Of a DNA stretch of 64,000 nt, positions 11,170 to 24,105 are shown piece by piece (position 1 is the first letter of the stretch; every line of letters starts with the position of its first letter). Under the pieces are notes generated by a model that did no database searches, was not told the origin of the DNA, and saw only the letters and a list, made by a program, of their open reading frames with translations. The DNA lies in contig JBHGNT010000002.1 in assembly GCA_043228905.1 (NCBI GenBank), forward strand, positions 8,184,001-8,248,000, written 5' to 3'. Both the position numbers and the translations under genes were made by a program. The stretch comes from Azolla caroliniana (lineage: Eukaryota; Plantae; Polypodiophyta).

Positions 11170-13760
11170 CTACCAATAACATTGATTGGAGGTCGAAGAA
11201 TGAAGGAGGGTTTTCTCTCCCCAAGATTGCCGTCCGCAATGGATCGAATCATTGTGCGAGGCCGCCCAAGAATACTTGAACCATCTCATCTTCATCCGCA
11301 AGAAGCTGGACTTGTCTGCCGTAGGAGAAAAACACTTCGACATTCCCCCTACCGACGTGTTGGAGAAATATTTTGGAGAATATTCAACCTTTGTTAAGGC
11401 GTACAGGACGAAAGAGATCCAGAATCCTTTGTTTTGGGAGGTCGCAAAGTTTCTGCTAGAAGTTGCCCGTGCCCACGTCAATGCCTATGGGATGCCAAAG
11501 CAGAAGACATGCATCATCATCGACACGTTTGAGGGACGCGTCGTGGATTGGGGGGTAAACACGGGGCTGACACCCAGAGAGGGCCTACACGCATTCCAAG
11601 CCGGGAAGAAGTTGCGGCTGATAATACAATAATACCTAACCATACTGTTCCCACCTCGAGGACTCCCTGCCTCGGAGAATAGTAGACCTACGCCCCCACC
11701 ACAGTCCACGAAACGGTGATTAGCGGAACTCGTAACAACGGAATGTGAGGAAGAACCAAACCCCTCCACCACCAACCCAGAACCGACGCAGACAGAGTAG
11801 CAGGACAACCGCGTCAAGACCAGAGAAGCGCCAACCACGACCGGCGAAGAGGAACAAGAGACCAACCGCGGTAGCCCTAGGCCTAAGCGTCGAAGTTTAG
11901 ATTGGAAGGATGGTCACAGACTAGTAAAGGATATGGCCGCACCAATCGAAACTTCCACCCCCCTGGAACCCACGACCACATTGGAGATAATCCGCGAGCC
12001 ACGACCAATCATTATGGCTTAGTCTCAACGTGGCAAAGGTGTGCTAACAACGGAAAGCGAAGTCCTGAAATATAAGGACATTCTGGATACGACCCATTAG
12101 TTCGGCGCACTATTGCAATTTGGGACGACATACGAACTCATGGAATTCTTGGCGACACGACAGATCAAGGTGTCCTAGAGAATGGTTGGAGAGCACGCTG
12201 AACAACAAATGATAGAGCGGGCGCTAACAAGAACGTCGGAAAGCAAAGATGAGGGCCCATTGGCCAAAGTGGGCAGGGAGCGTAATGCGAGGGTCTGCCG
12301 TGTGGGCATTGAATTACCTCCATTGAATACGGCCTTAGTAGAAGTGAACAAGGAGTTGGCAAAGGTCAGTCTAGGTGCTAAGGATATGGCTATTAAAAAT
12401 AAAAATCTATGAAAGACAGTCAAGCTGACTCAGGACCAACTAAATAAGGCACAGGAATGCATTGCGCAATTAGAGAGCAATATGACTACTACGCATCAAA
12501 ACCCCGAGCCTACCTCCAATGAGGACGAATTGAGGACTTTTACGGGAAAAGGTCGAAGCTCAAACTGCAATAGCCGCAAAAGCGAAAAAGGCTACATAGT
12601 TAGACGAGACGGAGATTGACCGCCTCCATGCGGAACTCCGCCAGTCCTTTGATAGAAAGGCGGACATCCAAGCAAAAGGGCACAAGGTGGCGAAGATGAT
12701 TTAGGACAAGCTCGATGCCGAAATAGCAGCACATGACTGAACGAAGGAAGAGAGGGACAAGCTTCATGAAGAAGGAATAGAAAAGGACAACCTCATTATG
12801 GCGTTACGAGAAGCGGCTCGTAAAAAACACGATTGGTATGACGAACAGATCGAGAAAGAGCGTCAACTCAGTCGAGGTGTCGAGATTCGCCTCAACAACG
12901 AGATGGGCCGGCTGGAGCAGCTCTATGACAAGGAGTCAAAAATATGGGAACAATTGAAGACGCAATACGAAGAAGTAACGATGGCCAACAAGCGGAAAAT
13001 AGACAACCTCAAGAAGGATCTGGAGGACTTATAGGCCCGCACGACTTGGAGTACGGATCGTATACGCACCCTCGTCCAAATAAAGCAGGAACGGTTTACG
13101 ACGTAACTACAAGTAGCCTTGGACAAAGGCTGGACCAGATGGGCAAAACAAGCGGCCGAACTCCACACCTATCGAGCGGACTGGGAAAATCGGCGCAAAG
13201 AAGGTAAAGGCTTCTATAAGCTAAATGAAGAGAGCATTTCCGCAGTACGAGAAGATCTCGCGTGGGATTATCAAATGCTAGCCGATCAACATTCTGAGGA
13301 ACTCACGTAGTTGCTGGAAGATTTCGGGGAAAGTCAAGAAGATACCTTCCGCCATCTGATGGAGATCAGCAGTGAGCATCAGAGGGCGGAGGAATTGAAA
13401 AAAGTGGAAGCTATTATGGTACTAGACAATGACCTTGCTGAGCGCAATGAGCCTCAACCTGATGCAAATGACACGCATGAGGTAACAACTACACCGATCA
13501 ACCCCATGGACGATACGGGCGGAGAAGAGCCGCGCCCGGACGCCTGCCCACGCCAAGAAGAGCCATTGCCGGAGCCACAAGGAAATGTCCCAGGCGGCGT
13601 ACCAGTCGAGGCCACCACAACAACGCCGCGTGAAGAAGTCGACGCAGAGACCGACGTGCTAGCCGAGTAGAACAACGGAGCACCTACTCACATCACGCCG
13701 CCTCTAGTAAATGACAAACGATCAGAGCTGAACATCCTCGACATTTTGGATGATGAATAG
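11170..13760 (+). pseudogene. Decayed extra (post-pol) ORF of an older Gypsy relative
   Basis: YFGEYS..KAYRT...PLFWEVA...FEGRVVDW and WTRWAKQAAEL..RADWENRRKEG align with ORF3 of the element at 29939-38812. Many stops. Confidence 0.85.
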
Positions 13761-13769
13761 AAAGAGGAT

Positions 13770-13808
13770 GGGTTCGACGTGCCACGACACTGTCCCACAG
13801 GCGTGACA
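13770..13808 (+). other. tRNA-3'-end-like module at the PPT position of the older Gypsy
   Basis: GGGTTCGA-cgtgccacgacact-GTCCCACAGGCGTGACA, then 2 nt, then the LTR TG at 13811. Confidence 0.7.
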
Positions 13809-13810
13809 AG

Positions 13811-14281
13811 TGTTGTTCGTCGGAATTGTAACTATCAGCCATAATGCATTGTAAATAGATTAGTGTATTAGGGGCGTTAAAGTAATGCATGTAACGGTTC
13901 ATGCAGGAAGCGTAATTGATCAAAAGCCCTATGTATATGAAGGGTGAAAGAACACTGTAAACAGTTAGCGTATTTTTGAGAGCACCGTTTAATATAGTTT
14001 CTGTTTTCTCTGATCTTGGTATTCTGTCTATCAGTCTCTTGTCTCTCATCCTCCATTCTCTATACACGACTGTGTAACAGTAAGCATAGGGTAAGTGCGT
14101 GTTGCGTATCCACGTACAATCGGAGGCTCGGTTGTAGCCGTCTCCCTTATGCCTTTTGACCCACTCTACTGCGTAAAGTCCTTACGGTTCACGCACTACG
14201 CATTCCTATTCGCATGCAGCATGATCACCTTGAAACCTACTCCGAAGGACTGAGGGCGGGCAGTGTTCCTAACCGGTAACA
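13811..14281 (+). mobile_element. Probable 3' LTR of the older Gypsy relative
   Basis: TGTT start 2 nt after the module; TATA-like CTATGTATAT near 13930; patchy similarity to the young LTR; ends ...CCGGTAACA. Right boundary uncertain. Confidence 0.55.
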
Positions 14282-16169
14282 ATTTACGGGGGAGATAACC
14301 CCTTACCATTGTATGTAGAAAGAGTAGTCCTTTTACGGGGGAGTTTGTTGGCATAAAAGGCCGACTCCTTCCACTTTGTAACCGTAGTGTGAACACGTCC
14401 TCTAGTTAGGGCTTGAGTATATAAGCTCAACCCTATCATTGTAATGATAATCTTCGTATCTTGAGTCTTGGAGTGTAAGAGTTACAGAGAGAAAAAGAAA
14501 TAATAGAGCTTCCATTAGAACTTCAAACTGTGTCTACGCTTCTGTTTCTTCTTCATATGTCATACTTTCTATGTTGTTTTCTAAGCATAATTCAACAGGT
14601 TCTCATACACACTTCTGCCTATCTGTTCGCATACTTGTCCACATAAAATTGCTTAATTTTGTGGGAGGTGGAATTTGGATTTGTATTCAAACTATTCAAC
14701 ATAACACCATTGAACCATACTAACAAGGTTAACAACGAAATGTTTTACACGCCAATCTAAGCACTGTAGTGTTTCATGAAAAAGAGAAAATTTGACGGAC
14801 ATCAAGATGGAACCCGCACCTTTGAATTTTGTAAAATCCGGTGATGCTCCTATCGGTGACGCTCATGACATGGCGAAGGTGGTAAAAGTGGAAGATTTTC
14901 CCTGACGAAGAGAAGGTACAACTTTCTTTCATCCGTAGGTTGTTTGGACCTATGCTTTGTGCCTAAGCTCGTAGGACCTAGAACAATTACTTTTAGTGCT
15001 AGTGAGAGTTAAACAATAGTTCGATGAGTGCCTCTTTACTACTCTAATGCAATAGAGAGGAAGGGAGAAGGAGAAAGAATTGAGATGACACAATAAACAT
15101 AACAATCGACTTTGATGACAAACACATGACATTGAACCATAACTATATGGTGTCAAGCCTAGGTTCTAGTTACGTGCATAGCTATAACTGGTCATGAGAT
15201 AGGTTTTCCCTAGTTCTCCCTAGTTCTCCCTAATCTTATAATAACGATGTGCATGTTAATTATGAAAGGAACGTCGATATGAATTGCAATATTCAAGTCT
15301 ACAATGTGGGATAACTATCAAGTGTGTTATCACTTGACCACTTCACGTAAAGTAGTCATGTATGAACACACTACGCGTATAGGGTTTCTTCCTATATAAG
15401 AAGGCTAGCTACCTTCTTATCAAGGGGACTTAACTTATGTTGAGGTTATTACATTGTGGCTCTGGTTCTTGTTAAGTAAGCATGTGCGATCCTTGCAACC
15501 CAAGGTACAACTCGCACAAACCCTTGATGGTATCGGACATCAAGGAGGTTGGGGTCCGTCTCATGCCATTACTAGGGGATGGTCGGGTGGTTTGGAATCC
15601 CACTTTCAACTCTTTGGTCTATAATTCCGTATGTTTTGCTTAATTAATTATTTAGACTCTAACAATCCCCCCCCTACACGTACACCTACATTTTCCTCAT
15701 TCAATAACTCACTTTTCATTTTCCCCCTCAAAAACAAAGAGTTCTAGGATCATGCAATGGTCATTTGATAGGACATTGGATTCGAACCCATGCTTCTAAG
15801 TGATTGGCAGTTTCTGTTGAGCCACTCTTGCGAGGAACGTGATCAAATTCTTGGATTAGAAATCTAATCGAAACATTTGACACAAAAGTATTCCTAATTG
15901 GAAGGAGAGTGGAATTTGAACCCACACTTTTGAGTGATCAACCCTTCCTTGTTGAGCCACTCCCACAAGGATTGTCACGAAATTTCCAACTCGGAAATCC
16001 ATGCACTAGATGCAAAGCTACATAAAAAATTGTGGTACCTTCGTCGGAGCTAGGGAGCTTATAATCATCACTCTGTCCCTCAATTAGATCCAAGGACCCC
16101 AAAATCATCCATAGGTTCCTTAATCAAACCTAGAGACCTCATCTTCATCCCCTTACTGCTAAAGTATAA

Positions 16170-16399
16170 CACATACACATACACATTTCCATTACATACA
16201 CAATCACAAATGGGCACACATATAAACACAAACATGAGTGCCCTCATATACATGTAGGTACATATATGCATGTAGACACACATATACATTACATACATTA
16301 CACATGAATACATGCATACACACACAAACATGAATGCACTAGTATACATATACACACATATATACACGTAGACACACATACAGATTACCCATGAACACA

Positions 16400-16432
<33 letters not shown>

Positions 16433-16810
16433 ATTCACAAAAATGTGCTCTTTGACAAACATATCAACAAACACACGTATATAAGCACAAGGGAATACAT
16501 GTATACAAACAAACTCAAACAGAGACACATGCACACACACACACAAACTTCTACACATAAAAACAAATATCGACACATATGCACATCCCTTCACATACAC
16601 AATTCTCTTCAAGCACACACATACACATACATGTACATTCACAGAAATGTGTTCCTGTGCGATCATATCAACAAAAACCTGTACATAAGCACGTAAAGAT
16701 CACTCTTTCAAACCACCTACATGTTACACACATTTGCATGTGCACACACAAGAGTTAGACATTTCCATGAGAACATGCACATCCATGCAAATTTGGGCAT
16801 GTGCACACAC
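16170..16810. repeat. CA/TA-rich low-complexity repeat tract
   Basis: Degenerate ACAC/ATAC repeats including a (CA)n run near 16410. Confidence 0.85.
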
Positions 16811-17159
16811 CTAACTATCTAAAAAAACAATTACAAAATCCTTTCTTGTGCAAACTCCAATCAAAGGTTCATCAACAGTATGATTACGTCCCAACTTGCA
16901 CAATCGCCAAATACAAACATAATGCTCACACACATAGTGCATGTTCACAAGGGTTCCATATAGGCCGGGACAAATAATTCCATGTACATGTTGATGCTTG
17001 GCTTTTGTGGTTGGTGTAGTTTTCACTCAACCACGTGGTGATTAGCTAGATTTCCATATATATTTCCTAGTTATTAGCTCAACCTAGTTGAATGCAATTA
17101 TTCTGCAATGGAAAGAGAAGCAATAGAAATTTGAACATTATCTACTTGCGTATTATTTC

Positions 17160-18000
17160 GTTTCTGCATGAACCACCAGGCATTACTATGCTTTCTTAAT
17201 AAAACATACTCAACTGATAGAATATCTTGTTGGATCATAACTCTTTTTAAGTTTCACATGGAAAGGAAAGATCACATATTTGTACACAAGTTTTTTCTAA
17301 GCTTGATAATGGCAAAAAAACCCATAGGAAAGATGGCAAAGCATAGGATGCAACCCTCTTCATCAAAGATGTCATACACGAGTGGGCCTCTACCATCGTT
17401 CAAGAATTTAAAAAAGGGCTATCATATTTACAATAACTTAATAAGGGAAAAGCTCACTCACTACTAAAATGGGACAAAGCTTTATTGATGATACAATTCA
17501 CAATGTGATAATAGCAGTAAGCGAATAAGCACATTGCAAGAGCAACAATGAACATTTTATTGTTGAAGTCTCCTTGAGAGAGATACCCATGTCAGGATAT
17601 GATGGCCAACACTCTTGAAAGCCAAACCATTAGTAGGTCCAACAATGTGATGAGCATCAACAACATAAACACCCCTTTAAAGCATATTAAATTACCGATG
17701 CTAATTGATATCCCTTGGCAACCATTAGAAGAATGGGGGATCGACTACGTACACCCAATTAGTCCAGATTCGAAACCAAAAACACAATATAGTCACCATG
17801 CACAAAGTAGGTTGAGGCCCAAGCATGCGTAAGAGGTGACGGTAGAGTTACAACTCCTTGTCGATATGAAAACATGGTTGTCGGTTTACTGGGAGCTCCC
17901 TAGAATTAGTGAACCACCGAGGATTGCACTTTCATGATAAAATCTTGGTGACATACACCGGGAAAATACACCCAAGGCCTGCAATGGTGTCAAACGGGAG
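17160..18000 (+). mobile_element. Heavily decayed Gypsy RNase H/integrase relic
   Basis: NHQALL..LNK..RIS.W (end of RNase H); PLEEWGIDYVHPI; K*VEAQA; PLELVNHRGLHF. Confidence 0.65.
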
Positions 18001-18371
18001 AGTTCAAGTAAGATCCTCTCCAATATATGTACTCATTAAAGTAGTTGGTGTGTCCAAGCCTAATGATATAGCATGTCAAAGGTTATCTCCCATGGCCACT
18101 CAAAAGGCTCTATCTAGCGGGTATGTATGGCCTTGGGTCTTCCACACTCCACACGGACACAAGAGAGCAGATGGAATCACCCTCTGCACAACCATGGCAG
18201 CGGGATGCACTAGTGGAGGCCACATGCTACTGGCAGCTCAAAGACTAGAAGACCTCCTCAATGGTCCAACAATGTCAAAGCTCAATCTAGATACCTTACC
18301 TTGGCTAAATGGAGGCCTCTCCAATGAAGTATCCTTCTTCAGATGGAATTGTCTCAAGGTTTGGTAATGCA

Positions 18372-18820
18372 TATCCTTTGTTCATTGAAAAGAGAATACC
18401 TTAGTGGCCATATTAAAAATGGAATATAGGTTGTATGTGAAGCCAGAGCATACTGGGTTTGTTCATATGAGTATTAAAAATGGAATGTAGGTTGTATGCA
18501 AAGCTAGGGCATACTGGGTTTGTTCATATGAGTAAATCAGTGATTTGAGTCCCCCTGGGATGCCGAATCTTATAGCCTTATTAGTACATAATGTTCCATC
18601 TGAAAAACAATGCTTCATTGAATTTCAACCACCTACAATGGTAATAATAATGAAGCCTCCATTTAGCTGAGGTACCTTTGTTCATTGAAAAGAGAACACC
18701 TTCGCGGCTATATCAAAAATGGAATGTAGGTTATATGAGGGCCAAGGCATGCCGGTTTTCAGGTTTGTACGAGTAAAGCAGTGATTTGAGTCTGCCTGGG
18801 TTGTCAAATCTTATAGCCTT
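18372..18820. repeat. Degenerate local direct repeats
   Basis: CCTTTGTTCATTGAAAAGAGAA...AAAAATGGAAT...GTGATTTGAGTC...ATCTTATAGCCTT occurs twice (about 18372 and 18674), with an internal ~60-bp duplication in the first copy. Confidence 0.7.
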
Positions 18821-19479
18821 GTAATTCTTTTTGAGATCAGTACATAATGCTAGGTCCCTTAAAACTTGATTTAACTCTATCATATACATCCATAAGGCAA
18901 AGCAATACAATTGAAGATGAGAAAACCCAATATCTCAGCCCACACCACGGAAAGAAAATAGTTGGAAGATTATCATGCATGACAGGAGATGGAAGGAAAC
19001 AAGCCAAGTTATGAATTGTGAGATGAACATGTCATCGTTAGCATTAGGACAATAGAAGTAGTACTGGCACTCTGATAGTTTATGCTCAGTGGAACTTCGA
19101 AATTTGATGATCAATGCGACATCCCCAAAGTACCACTTCAAGTGCATCGTCATCTATCAATCAATACAATCGGTATATATCATAAAAAATAATAGTCATC
19201 TGACACTGTACCAAGACCCAAAATAAGAAAGTACCACTTCGTCTCCATGGTTTTTGGTGAAGTATCATTGCACTTCACAAATCTAAGGGGAACCTCTCTA
19301 GATTCTACACTCAATACAACCAAGAACAATACAACTATGGTTGCTTCTGCTTAGGGTATATGTCAAAATTTTATTTAAGAGAAAAAAAACATTTTACAAC
19401 TTTGCAGCTAGTTTTTATGATGCTAGAGAGCTACAAATCAATAGAGTATTTAAGCATTTCGTTAAGAATAACTTTCACT

Positions 19480-22400
19480 TCATATGGCATGCAATAGTAA
19501 TGCCACAATGCAACCAAGTAATGCACCAGCAACTACCTGCCAATGAAAATAAAAGTGACTATCTAGAGTTAACTTGAGAATTCTCAAAACCTTTCAAGCA
19601 TTACCAGAACAACCTTATGCAGTGCAAAAATTTTCTACTGTAGCGGGATGTTCTATTCAATTTTCAAAATTTAGGAGTATTTTATCTAAAAGCCTGTATG
19701 CAATGTCCAAACATTCAGAAATATAATCGTATCAAATTCATAGTGTCGCCATACACTTTCAGTATAAGGCAAAATTAGTTCACCTGTGCTGGTGTGTGAC
19801 CAAGTGGTTCGCGAAGAGGCCTGGAATCTGCTAAACGATGCTCTGGTGGTAGTTCAATTACAATCTGATTTAGGATCTACATAAAAACACATTCTCACAA
19901 TCATTTTTTATCGGAAAATCTGAAGGCAAAAAAACTTATAACCCATACAAAAATCATATAGTATTTTTAATGTATGTCTAAGCATCTTTTTGATTCCATA
20001 TATAAATCATATCTCGAACTTCTCTTGCTTATACAACGTCTGTTTTTAGACTTAATATGTCCCAAACACGTCTAGGAAGTAAAAGAAAAACAATTCCCTG
20101 AACATTTGATCTTCATGTGTACTTTCCTCAAATAGACATTTGTAGTTGCATGTTTTGTTTTTATTTCGTAAACATGTCTAGAAGGATATGGCATGCCAAG
20201 ATATAATTACCTTTTTTTCATGGGAGGGAGGGTAAGCTAGGTGCACAAGAAAAGTATATCGTCATAGTCGCTATTTCTGCTTAAACATTTGGAAAATTAA
20301 GAGTTCTACAGTGTAATGCTGTACATTGATTTTCATGATCAGTTTGAGCATCTGAATTAAAACAATTAGCGGATCATCTTCATGATCTGAGTGCAAGTCT
20401 GAAGATCATCGTCTTCATCACAGTCACTCACGAAATAGATTCAACACATGATAAAGACCAGTTAGAAGAAACAAGGAGAATGGTGAACTCATTGAAATAT
20501 TTATCAGTATGTGCCAAATACAAATAGGTTGTCATTACCTGAGCTTGTTTTCCTGCTTGTAGTCTTACTCCAGATGCGTCATACATCACCTGGTAAATTA
20601 GATATTGGATCCACAGTTTGACAAAATTGAGTATTCAACAAAACCGAAAAAAAGAGGAAAAACAGAAAAGCACCCTAACTCTTTAAATATTTATCAGAAT
20701 ACAACTCCTTCAGTTTTTACAGCTTACTAAATTACCCCTCTATAGCACATTCTATTACCAAGGGTATGCATTGTAGCTTAAAGCACATAGGGGGAATTAC
20801 AATAAATATCCAGAAAAGTTAGATATAGCTGATGTATTGCACTAGAAAAAACAAGGGGAAAGAACCCAAAATACCCTGTATTTTTTCTTTAGTCCCCCCC
20901 AACCCAAAAGAAAAAATGCCAGTGTTTCATCATTTACCCAAACGCCATTGGTCATCTCAGAAATATTCTAGACGTTTTCCCCAAAATACCAAGTGTCCAT
21001 TATGGACTAGTTTGAAAATTAATTGATGAGCGTACCACACTTGCTAGAACTAATGCGATAGCAAAAAGGGATCCACCCAGACCATCACTCAATCCTATGG
21101 CTGCCGCAAGGCCCATGACAGTTGCTGAGTGAGAGGATGGCATCCCCCCAGAGCCAATAAGCCTTTTTGCTTCCCACCGCTTCTCTGTTAACCTAGAATA
21201 AATATAAATGATACCCATGTGATTCAATAGCCTCCTCAAACATAAACAATATCCAGGAGATACTTCTATATTCATAGGTGCTATTGCGAAAAGTAAGAAA
21301 ATTTACAGTCGCGGAAGAACTGGAATCGTGTACATTTTTTTATTTCAAGAAATTAGAACATGGTTACTTGATGAATATTTGTTAATATTCAGATATGCTT
21401 TTACTAGGTGCCAAGAGAGAAACTCCAATCAAGTGCGCATTGATTTCAACTATTACATCAACAGATTGAATTCAAGTCGTGAGAGTTAAAACTGTTCTGA
21501 GGAAACGGCTAGACAAAGCGTTTAAATTTCAATAGTATAAGAGTCATACTGAGAAATATTGGTATGTGTGACTGTCCATCCACTTAATTCGCACTTAACT
21601 ATTTCAGGTTCTTGTGGAAAATTAAAAAATTCAACAACAACATGCAGTGCATCTTTGAGGGATACCACTTTAATAACTCTACATCTCTGAAATGGTTTGG
21701 TGCCTAAATATTACTGCCATCTCTTATAGGTGAAGTGGAAGCAAAATAAAATAAATCATTTCTTTGACGAAATATATGCTCTAAACTTTTAGATCTATAA
21801 CTTGAGACTTGCAAAACAATTACGACTGAAGATTGTTATTATCTTACTTCTGAAGCCAATTATTTACTCCTTTCTTTAGGGACAGTACTACTACATAACA
21901 GATCTTGCAATTGACAAAGGTAACTAGCTCCATGGACATCTATGGTATACTGCACTAGGCTTTCATAGAATTAACTGTCCAGTACTTTATGATTGCTTTG
22001 AAATGACAGAACCCCCAAGCTTTTGTGTGATATCGCTCTGAAGCAATTTTCTTTTGGTCTCAAATGCTAGTAATAACACACTAAGGCAATTTTGGCTTGG
22101 TTGCAAGAAACTTCCTATGGTTATAAAGTCCTCAAGCATCTAAAGTTTGACAGAAATGCGTTGAAGACATAGACCCAGGATGACATTACACTGAAAATAA
22201 AAATATATATGCTGGAGATCAATATATGGAACTCAAGTGATTCAGTCTAATCCATGCCAGATCAAACATGAGGACTATATCACATTAAATCTATCCATAA
22301 GTAACATTTTATATACAGAACAGATATTTCAACAAAAAACAGAGCTCATGTCTATAATAAAATCACAGGAAACAAGCCTAATGTAGTGAAGCTGATTCTC

Positions 22401-22998
22401 TGCAGATCACATTCTTCATGACAGACTATATTATATATAAGTATGTGCAAGCACAACTTTTTGGATACAGACAATAGGTCAGCTATTACTCCTGATGTTT
22501 GATGCAAACACAGAACATATGCCTATATTACATACAAATTTATCACATTTTGTATACAGGAGAATAGCTATTTAACACTTTGAAAGGAAAACAAAACGAA
22601 AGATATGGAGTGGATAATAAAGCAATGGCATTCCAGATCTTTTCCATATGAGTATATTACGTGGAAAATTTATGCACAGGTAGGATTTTGAAAGCAGACG
22701 AACCTATTTGACACTCGGAAACACACAGACAAAAAGTAATGCCAATTAATTTCAGATCACCATTTGAATATGATGACACCATTGCGAATGTCAATTTGTA
22801 TACAGAAGAGCAGCTATTTAGCACTTGAAAGAATAACAAACGGATAGATATGAAGCAAGAGAAGTACCGAGTAGTGAGAACCTTCAGAAACTGAGCGAGC
22901 ATGAATGCGACCAGGGCGGCCTTGAGAGGCTGATTCGAGAACAAAGATACAGAGGGGTGAAGGGGGGATGAATTGTTAGAAGAAGAAAAAGAATCCAT
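19480..22998 (-). CDS. DUF212 acid phosphatase/vanadium-dependent haloperoxidase-related protein (YuiD-like), 5 exons, 162 aa
   Basis: Exons 22998-22868, 21192-21036, 20589-20539, 19876-19784, 19536-19480; all introns GT-AG and in frame (489 nt). Motifs AQFLK, SGGMPSSHSATV, VMYDASGVRLQAG, LRE.LGHTP.QVVAGA. Confidence 0.95.
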
Positions 22999-23234
22999 CG
23001 TTTCTTCTGCTTATATTCCCGTTTCCTTTCCGTTACTCTAGTTTCTTCCTTAATTCGTCTTGATTCTTCTCCTTCACCTCCTCCTTGCTTGTCTCTCGTC
23101 AGCTCTTCTTGCTTCTGTCTTTTCTTGATGATAATATCCTCTTCCTTATTCCTTATTTCTAGCTTCCCCTTCCTAATTTCTGATATGCGTCTCTTCCTGG
23201 TCTCTTCAACCACTCCTACCTGCTTCTTTATTAC

Positions 23235-23461
23235 CTGCCTCCTCCTCCTCCTCCTCCTCCTCTTTTTTTCTTCTTCTTCTTCTTCTTCTTCTGATGCAGC
23301 CTTGTTGCTTCAGTTACTTCCTTTGCTTGCTCTTCTTTTCCGAATTCTCTTCCCTTCTGTTTAGTATTTCCCCTTCGTCCCTTGTGTGCTGTCTTCTCCT
23401 GTTCCTGATCCTGCTCCTTCTTTCCTCGTTTCGTCTGTGTGATTCGTGAAGACACACGCAC

Positions 23462-23500
<39 letters not shown>

Positions 23501-23600
23501 CAGGGGGAGGAATTCTGCTGCAGGGGAAGTGGTGTCGGGAAATGGCGACCAAGAAGAAGAAGAAGAAGAAGCAGAAGAAGAAGAAGAAGAAGAAGAAGGA
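23235..23600. repeat. Cluster of (CCT)n, (CTT)n, (AG)n and (AAG)n microsatellites upstream of the DUF212 start
   Basis: Seen directly; probable 5' UTR or promoter region. Confidence 0.85.
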
Positions 23601-23860
23601 AAATCTTACGATGTAATTTACAGATACAAACATAACATGATACACATAAAAAAATAAGACACCCTCTTTTCACAACACACATCTCAACACATTATAAACA
23701 AATACATATACATATGTACATATCCAATACAATACATACACTCTTTCTCTTTCTCTTGCAAACTCTTTGTGATTCATGGATCATTCAATGATGAGCACAA
23801 CAACACATTTGAGAGGAGTGGCAACTCGGAGTTGCCCCCCCCCCCCCCCCCCCCCCGGTT

Positions 23861-24105
23861 GTGACACCTCCGATGCCATCCGTCTGGACCCCCCTGCCCA
23901 CCCATTCCGATGCTCCATGGCTTTCGCCTGCCATCTGGCCGCCCATACCAGCTTCTAGTTGCAGAACCACCCCGCGAGGCAACCCCCCCTTTCCCCATGG
24001 GCCACGCCGAAACTGGAACCCTTCCTATCGCCAACATCCCGAATATCCTTGCCATCCCTTTAATCCTCTTGGCTTTCGGAAGCATTTTCGTAGGATACTT
24101 GGCCA
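23861..24105 (+). pseudogene. nad5: Mitochondrial nad5-like fragment (NUMT) at a rearrangement junction
   Basis: In-frame RCH...PIPM...[18 protein letters not shown] resembles plant nad5 [28 protein letters not shown]; the DNA GTAGGATACTTGGCCA also matches. Preceded by a poly-C run. Confidence 0.7.

Noticed and set aside
16080-16696. Cys/Val/His-rich ORFs
   Set aside because: Translations of CA/TG low-complexity repeats.
22884-23682. Lys/Glu- or Leu/Phe-rich ORFs upstream of DUF212
   Set aside because: Microsatellite translations; an in-frame stop lies just upstream of the DUF212 ATG.
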